From: Phoronis australis
Lineage: Eukaryota; Animalia; Phoronida
Reading direction: 5' to 3'
DNA: 64,000 bases
Assembly: GCA_002633005.1 (NCBI GenBank)
Contig: NMRA01000044.1
Span: 462,594 to 526,593 of the forward strand
Shown here piece after piece: positions 26,401-35,400 of this stretch (positions are counted from its first letter, which is position 1; each line of letters begins with the position of its first letter). Below the pieces are notes generated by a model that had not been told where the DNA came from, did no database searches, and worked only from the letters and a program-made list of their open reading frames with translations. A program made the position numbers and the translations under genes.

Positions 26401-29400
26401 TCAACCAAAAGATGACGGGGGTTCCCCTGTCGAAAATTATATTTTGGAGTTGGACAGGGGAAAAGGTAAGAACTGAATTTATTTGCTTCATTTTGCACTC
26501 TTGGTTTTCACGTTACACTTATCGCCTACTGTTACTTGTCACCACGTCGTATCTGACGTGTCTTTGCTTCCCTTACTTGTCCAGTACTTAACTGGCAATC
26601 GGTTGATTGCCACTTGGATTTCAGACAGCTCTCCTATATAATTCTTGTCTTGTTTTGGGATATTCACACAGCTTTGCTGTTGCTGTTTTTGATCGTTCTT
26701 TCCGTACTCAAACGTTTATGTCTCTTTTTCCTGCTGTCTTTTCCTCAAGGAGAAGGTAAACATCTTGTTTTACTTTAGTGTGTACTTTAGTTCTTCCCCT
26801 GGCTTTTAGCGTAGTTCAAAAGGCATACTTGTGAAGTTCCCAAGTTTAGGAATGACCGCTGTATTTCATTCGTTAGTGATCCTGCTTTCGGGTAATTGGC
26901 AGACATGTTTGTCTCCTGAGGCTGTTAGGCGAGGGCTATTGACCTTTTTATGGTTAGAGATTTGGGAGGTATCTGCAATGGATTGTGGTATATTGGTTTT
27001 CACGCAGGATGAAAAACAACCAATGAAACCAGAGAATGTACAGCTACATCTCCAGCCAGCAGGTGGCAAGGAGAACGTATATCCCGCTATCTTCTAACCT
27101 TGAAAAGGTCAATGGTCATACTGATTAAAGTGTCTGAGCACCGTTTTATCACCAAAAAATAACCCCCGGTAAAGGGTACATTACTGTACAATAATAATGT
27201 AATTAGTTACTGGCAAGATATCAGCTTCAATGGTATTATTGTGATGGACAAAGATGGGTGCTAAATCCCAAGCAAAGACGTGCGGCAGTGTGCTCACAGT
27301 AGAAAGCCGCAGGAGTGCTGCTAGTTTTCCCGCACTTTATTGCTGCTTGTTTTCCCGTAATTTATAAGTTATTAGGGAATGATGAAGCAGTGCATTTGTG
27401 GTAGCCGTAGCAACACAGCATGTGATTGGGCTGTGGCATTCATGTTGCCACGGGACACCAAACTGGTGCTGAAGTGACACAAGTGTGTTTGTGAAGTTGG
27501 CGCTGAGTTCTCTTTGGTGAGCCTGGTGACTCAGTTTTGTGATGAGCACTGGCATACTTATAGCTGCATTATGCCCAGTTTAAGCTGAGTAAAATGAAAA
27601 TCAAATTAAGCCTTTTGTTTTCATGAAATTGGTCTCATAATATTCATCACTTTGATAAGATTCTCTGTCTCCATGTAACAAGTTTATGGAAAGTATTTAG
27701 TGACTCAAGAAAATGCTTCAGCATTTATTGCGTCTCGCGGATGCAAAAATTGCAAAATTAAAAATGTCGCAGTATACATTGCCTGTGGCTCTGATTTTGT
27801 GCTCATTCGGCAGCAGTTAAGATCAAACAAATGTGGCAATGTTTTCAAACCCCAAATTGCTTCGGTTAAGAATCGAACATTGGCAGATAAACATCAGTGA
27901 TTTATCCTTTTTGTATTTGAAACATAGGTTTGTGGTGCACATGAACTTAAAATGAAAACTGGGAATCATCTGTTTTCTTGTTTTGGGGAAATTGAGATGT
28001 CCACAGTTATGATAGGCAGTGTCATAAAAGAAGTTTTAAAGATGCTGATCATGTAGTTTCTTGTCAAAATGAGGTAAACGGGAGTTTTGGGAGCATTTTT
28101 AAGCGTTTTTGTCCACAAGCTCTTTGTGTCATTGATTCCAGATGTTAGGTTTGCCATGTCATAAGTTGAGAATCTTGGTACATAACCTCTCCTGTTAATT
28201 GTTTATGTTTCGTAATTATCTTATGCCTAATTCAACTAATCTACGTAGATATCTTAGATTTGTCAAATGCTTTTGATATTGTGCATCACTGTAGTGTGTG
28301 TACTGCATGTCTGTAACCCTTGTTGCTTTTTAAGGTGACTGATGAATGGGTGTTAGCATTTTACTGGTGAATCTTTTCTTTGCTGGGGTTCTTATCAAGC
28401 TCATTCTTAATGTTTTGTCTCATAGTTTTGATATTTGTGGGAAGATGCACTTCATATTTGCTCAGCAACATTAACTTCATAGAGTGAAATTTTGATCTTG
28501 AGATTAGTTGTCAACAAACTGGTTATGCCACTGTTAAATAAACACTTGAATATCTTTCTTGTCTTTTAAGCTCTAACTTGTTAATACCAAATATCACGGT
28601 GACTTTTTAATTCAGTGCAGCGCTGTCTTTGGACTTCTTTGTTTTGATTCATATTTTGGGGTAGAACCCAGGCCTTCATCTAGATGGTGTCCAGGAGGTC
28701 CAAATGGACACACTGGCTCAAAGTTAGATACCCTTGTTAGTACGCCCTGTTCAGCATTTGGATTCCCTAATCAAGTAGGCATGGGTGTCTCTTTTATCTT
28801 GTTAGCAGCAGCTCTGGGAGCTTGTTGACCTCTCCAGAATAAAAAGTTTGTCTAGACATTATGTACGATAGGGAAAAGTATTACAGAACCATGTGTCCAC
28901 ACTAGGGTATCGCACTATTACAGCTATTTGACTAGGGGCCATAAAACTAGTTTAGCGTTATTGGTCATGGGTCCCTTGAGAAATAGCGAAAACCCATTTT
29001 GGACACCCTGGTGGAATTTTTTGTTTTTGTTTTCTTAACACTGTGAATTAGCCGATTGGTTCAAAATTTGGGACTTCGTCTTGATCTAGTTAACACTGCG
29101 TGGGATTAAAACCTTGCTGCTGTCTAGTTCACGCGAGTTCATGTTTAAAATAAACGAAATACTTTGTGTGTGCAGGGTTCGAAAAAGTCTACGAGGGTCG
29201 AGAGAGAGACTGTAACTGTGATCACCTGGAGCCTGGGCAGACGTACAGGGTGCGAGTACACTGCTGCTCACTAGGTGGCGCTAGTCCAGTAAGTTTATCA
29301 TACGATAAAATTGTAGCCCAACCATAATCTTAAAAGTCGCTAAGTGTCTTTGTGTTGAAAATCTTAAGCCAAAAACTGTGAAAGTGTATTTTTAGTCTAT

Positions 29401-32400
29401 ATATTTTAACATTATTTCAAAAATCTATTGGTTTATTTTAACCAGCTTATTTACACTTGCACAAATATATGTTATATATTGTCAAATGTTCCCTTCGTCG
29501 TGTAGTAATGCAGTTTCCAATATTCTGTCTATTGATAAGTATTATCAAGTTTTCATTTTCCTCTTTTTTGTGCTGTGTGTAATTACCCACTATTGGTAAA
29601 GATAATTCTGGGGTATATTTCTTTAAAGTGACACAAGACTTGAGACAGAAATTTGGTCTTCACTCCCACTTCACAAGTAATTATGAATGCATTGTACTCC
29701 ATTTATAATTTATGGAAACTATTCGTAACTAGCAGTTACAGATGTATTCTCAGAGACTTCAGGTCTTTTACACGAATGAGATTTAATCGTTTTTCACAAA
29801 TAGTTGTGTGAAGTATCAGAACAAATTTCTTATTTAAGCCTGATGTGATGAAGCTGGTAGTACCAGGTCATTACTACATACCTGTGCTTATCTCCCCGTC
29901 TAGTGCTCAGACATTGCCAGTGTAACGACCACGGCTGTAGGACCTGGTCAGTGTCAGCCACCCAAACTACTGGGCAAGCCACGTGCCACATCGCTAGTTC
30001 TGAAGTGGAGTAAGTACTCACAAGATGATACTGGAGGACTCGTGCTGTCCCCTAGTTGTCAAGAGAGCAGTTACGCATGTGTACAGCTTTTTCAATGAGA
30101 TTCTTGCGGCAATTTTCACTTTTTCTCACCAAGACAATTGGCAAAATTGTCATTTTATTGTTTTTCAAACATTAAGTGGATTGCGACGAATAATGTAATC
30201 TTTACCAAATTGTGCTCAAAATTTCACTGTGTTGGTGTCAGCCTTACACGCACAAGTGAAACAGACATGGCTGAATTCACAGACTTTCGTGGAAAAATGA
30301 TGACATGTGATCACGTTACAATGATGACTCCTGTTGACATGGCCATACATTGTGATGCTTCAAATTAGCTCTTTGAACTTTGTCAATAACAATTTTGGAG
30401 CTCCTTTGTTAATTTTTTTATAATGTTAACCACATTAACAAGTGTTAGTAGCACTTTGCCTGGTCAATTTACTTTACAGTGAAAAAGTGTCAGTCTGGAG
30501 GAGTCTCTTTGAGGAGTTGTAGTCTAGACTATACCCTCATTACAAAGCTAATCAAGTATATGAAGTGCAGCAAACTAAATGCTGGCCAAAATCTACACTC
30601 CTGAATTCATTACCCCTTAAGTCAGTGTCACCTATCACTCACAGGTCACCCGGAATACAATGGGGGAGCTGCTGTAACAGACTTTGAGGTGCAGATGGTT
30701 GGCCCGGACAACGAGAGTCGTTTGGTCTACAAAGGTCATGTCCCTGACTGTACGGTGGCCGGTCTTGCGCCTGGCCGGCCGTACCTATTCCAAGTACGCG
30801 CTCACAACCGGGCAGGGGTCAGTGCATGGTCTGAGCCGCTGGAGATAGTGAGCGGACCCGGTGTGCCGGACGCACCGGACGCCCCCTGGTGTCACTGCAA
30901 GTCACCACAAAGCGTGGTTGTCAGCTGGGACGAGCCTTCAGCCAACGGTGCTATCATCACAGAGTACAGACTGGAAAGTCAGCGACTAGACGAGTTCATA
31001 CAGGTGCACACGGGGCCGGGCAGGAGTCACGAGGTGAAAGGTCTAGTCCCGGCCACAACTTATGGCTTTAGGGTCCTGGTAAGTGTGAATAGTATTTAGG
31101 GTTGCTGTGCTACAGCACCGGGTTTTATTGTATGCCCAAGCTGGTTCAGGGGCTTTTTTGTAAAGGTATATTCATGTAGCAATTTCCACCACATATACGA
31201 ACTGTGTCACCTAGCTGTGTATAATCTAGGTGTTGGGTCTAGCACAATGTCATTCTAATTTTGCTCTTTTTATGATGATGCATGTCTTGCGTTCTGACCA
31301 AAGTTTTGAGTCATCATCATATGCTTGTAATTATCTATCAGTTTTAACTTTTTAAAAATTTCACAGTTTTGTGCAGTAGCAAGTAAAAAACGTGGAAAGT
31401 TTTCTTTTGTTGACAGTGATCATTCGTGTAGTGAATTATTTGTTTAGTGACTGCAAGTCGCGCCTAACATCGCCCTTTCTCCCAATAGGCTGTCAACAGT
31501 GCTGGTGTCAGTCCTGCCAGTCCGGTCACAGAGTGCACCATGCCAGCCTCGAGTCCCGGTGCGGTCACGTCGGTGCGCGCCACCAGCACAGCCACCACTG
31601 TCACCGTCAGTTGGAAAGCGCCACCGGACAACGGTAGCGAAATTGTGGCCTACAATATAGACCTGGGCGAGAAGCAGCTGGTTAGCCCAGACGCGGCCAT
31701 GTTAGACGGTGTGCTGGAACACACCATCGATGAGTTGGTACCCGAGACCACTTACAAGTAAGTATTGAGCACAGGAAGTTTCACCAATTTAGGACTCAAA
31801 TTTTATTTTTCATATTTGCCCACAAACAAGTAAGACTGAAGTTGTGCTTCACACCATTGTCAAGTTCTGAATTGCAAGTTCCATCAGACAATATTTCGAA
31901 AAATTTTCTGGATTCACAACAATGTGAAAAGTTCTTGAAAATGCAAAAGGTCAGTTTTGGTGGTTATTTTTGTCTGAAATTGGTAAGATTTTATGGTAGA
32001 AAATCAAAAGGCTGGGTTGATCAGCGTATGGTTGACTCTGGTCCAACAAGAGTAGCTACTGTCAACTGTATCATGCACCTACAGTCTTAGCCACACAACA
32101 TTTATTGTTAGTACACCAATTGGCCTGCTTGTTGTTAGTTGTTAATCTCAGAACTCACTTCTGTTTTACCTGGCAATGTCTGGTTTTCCATTGCTGCTCT
32201 CCTGCCATAGTGATTGTCTACCTTACTACATTGGTTTTGTGCTAAAGTTGATTTCAGCATAGATTATATTTATTGAATGATGAACACTGGAGGAAATTCA
32301 TTTCACTGAATAAGTAAGGGTCACATCCGCAGTGAATTGGAAGTCGTACCTCCGCCATCTGTCAAGCTGTTAAAACCACCATCTATTGCAGAGTCCGTGT

Positions 32401-35400
32401 ACAAGCAGTGAACAGTATTGGTGTGGGCAGCTTCTCCCAGCCAGCCCGGGTCACCACCCTAGCGCTGCCGCCCCTGCCCCCCAGGCTGGAGTGCGCCACG
32501 GTGGGGGCAAACAGCCTTAAGCTGAAGTGGGGTGATGGTAAAAACCCCGATCTGCTGCAGTACATCTTGGAGATGATGAGAGATAACGGCAGGTATGATT
32601 GAATGGTCATGTGCTTCCTTATGTATTCACATTTGGGGACTAGATATTCACTAGATACTGCTGATGAAGAGATGATCCTCTCTATCCATTCAGAAGAGCT
32701 AGAATATTTTCGTAGAGTCAACTTACCTTGGAAGATGAATGCTATGTGTGCTTGTGTGGGCATCAGTCTTACAGCCAATCGGTAAACGGCAAACTTAGCA
32801 CATGCGCGCCGAGTCTTGCTTTCACCATTCTGCAAGTTGTGTTAAAGTTGTCTACACCTGTTGTTTCAGCTGGTACCCAGTGTATAGCGGTTCATCTCAG
32901 GGACACAAGGTCAACAAACTGAATGAGCTGTGTCAGTACACCTTCCGAATCTGTGCAAGTAACGACGCCGGTCAAGGCCCGTATTCCAGTCTGTTCACCT
33001 TCCAAACCTGTAAGGCCCTCCCACCTGCTGTCAAAGGTACGGAAAGCGGATAGTTGCCTGTTTTGCTGGCCATTTGCTCCTGGCCGAATCTGTCTCCTTG
33101 CCTTGTGAAAAAACTGTGTATTACCTTTCCATTGCACCACTAACTAGGGTGTCCTGTGGTGTTTTCATCTTAGTGAACGGGACAAAATACCATGGATTCA
33201 ACTGTGAGACTTTCTTTAAGTGAAGTTAAGGTTATGTAAGGCCCCAGATAAATGTCAAAATATGGGTAACTTTAGAGCGGATATCTTATGAAACTCGGAT
33301 ACTATGCTTGATGCACTCTTCTCAATAATGCTGTTAGGTACCATTTTTGAAATGTTACACTTTTCTGTGAGGTGCTGATAAAATTATGACATTTTTATTT
33401 AAAGAAAATCAAAATTCGTGTAACATGAGAACAAAATGATAAATTGCAACTGTAACTGACAGCATTTTTGAGATTTCATCTCGAACAGTTATATCAAACT
33501 ATTTGTTCATGTTATTGATACCATTGTTTTGCTATGCATTAAGCTTTCTTTTTTTGCAAAATTTTACTAAAATACATAGTCATGCGGCCCAATTAATGAC
33601 AGATTGTTATGAAATTAAAAGTGAAATTTTACGGACTTACTGTCTTAAAATCAAAAGTTTTGTAGATTGTTGTTGAATACACAGACCCGTTGATAACTTC
33701 CTACATAACCTTAAACTCATGCTTTTTATAAAGACAATCAGGAGTGTAGCACGCTGCCATTCTGACACTGTGACAGCAAAAGTTTTGGCAAAAATTGGGT
33801 CGAATTAGATAGGCTCATCAAGTGGAAAGAAAATATAATTTTGTTTTCATCAGTCATTTTCCACATTCCACCATAGTATTTTGTTTTTTCATCTGTCATT
33901 TGCACATTCCACCGTGGCATTTTGCCCACAGGTCGACTGCAAAGAACGTTAATTTTGTAACTTCACAATTTAATCCCATTCACTAAGTATAGACCCTCAT
34001 CATGAAAATATAGGCACTTTTCCCAATGGGCCACTATACCTACATACTGGAATACCACAGCCCCTCTCTCATCACGTGCCATTTACCCACAGTGCTACCC
34101 ATTCCTGGTACTCTTTGCCCACTGACACTGCTACCCTGATAATCAATGATTTTGTCTTTAGATCAGCTTGCCATTTGTCATTCTGAGTCCAGTAAAGTTT
34201 CAGTGTTACATACCAAGTTGTAATGCAGGCACACGGTTCACAAGTGTGTTAGTGGACCCAAGTCTTTAAGACTAGGTCGGCCATCCAATGTGTTTTTTGC
34301 CTTCCGCAAAAGAAAATTTTATCCTGGGTGGGAAAATTGGACTATAGTTGTGTGTTGGTGTTCATTTCAGATCCTCGTGTTAGTGAGCTATGCACGAGCT
34401 CCTGTCAGGTCTCATGGAACCCGCTGAAACCCATGGGCCAGGACGTCATAAACTACATGCTGCAATTACAAACACGAGACCAAGAATACAAAGTGGTCAG
34501 TGGCCTCTTTTGTGACTGTCTGGTTTTGTATTCACTGTTTTCGTCGTCAGTTTTTTAATGTCAAATGAACGAAAGGCACTGTAACTGGCTGTATAATTAG
34601 AACCCCCATTAGGATGAACTTTCAAGCAATGTTAACGCCTCAACAAAAGTTTGGAAATTTGTGTTCACTCACCCGTGTTTTTATTTTTTGGTTTAATTCA
34701 GTCGTATTGCATATCAATGAAAAGCCCAGTCATTCCCTTTTCCAACGACACCACATTCCATGAATAAAATAGTTCATTGTGTTTAGTAATTTTGTCAAAG
34801 AAACCTTGGTCCCAAAGTGAATGTTGCAAATTCAGTTGGGGCTAAGTGTGTATTCACGTTGGAGCATTTAGCTTTTTCAATAGCAATTATTGTGCTGGTT
34901 TCATGATAATAGAAACTTTATGACAATTTGGCAACACTTAAACACTTTATTTATTGAACAACTGATTGATAGATAGTAGTGATAGTCTGACTGATAGACA
35001 ACAGTGATAGTCTTCTCAGTATTGGGTTGACGACCCATTCGCAGTCAGAACAGCAACACACTTTCTTCGCATGCTATTTACTTGCCTGCCAACACGTTGC
35101 TGTGTGATGGCATTCCAGTCCTGAATCAGTAAGCGCCTTAATCAGCTATAGTGGTTTTGTTGGTCACTCGTGCACGTACAGTCCGTTAGAGTTGGTCCCA
35201 CAGGTGTTCGACAGGGTTCAAGTCTGGGCTGCATGCGGGCCATGCCATTGGGAGCCAGAACACCGGATTTTCACCGGAAAGCTGCAAACTGGGCACTCCA
35301 AACACAATTTGCATAATTGCAATTCGTACTGAGCCTGCTAACAGCAGGATCCTATGTTATCAATCAGTGTGTCATAAATTTGGTGTTTACTCCCCATTTT

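Noticed and set aside
32383-33140. Antisense ORFs (150 aa and 82 aa)
   Set aside because: These are shadows of GC-rich FNDC3 exons on the opposite strand.
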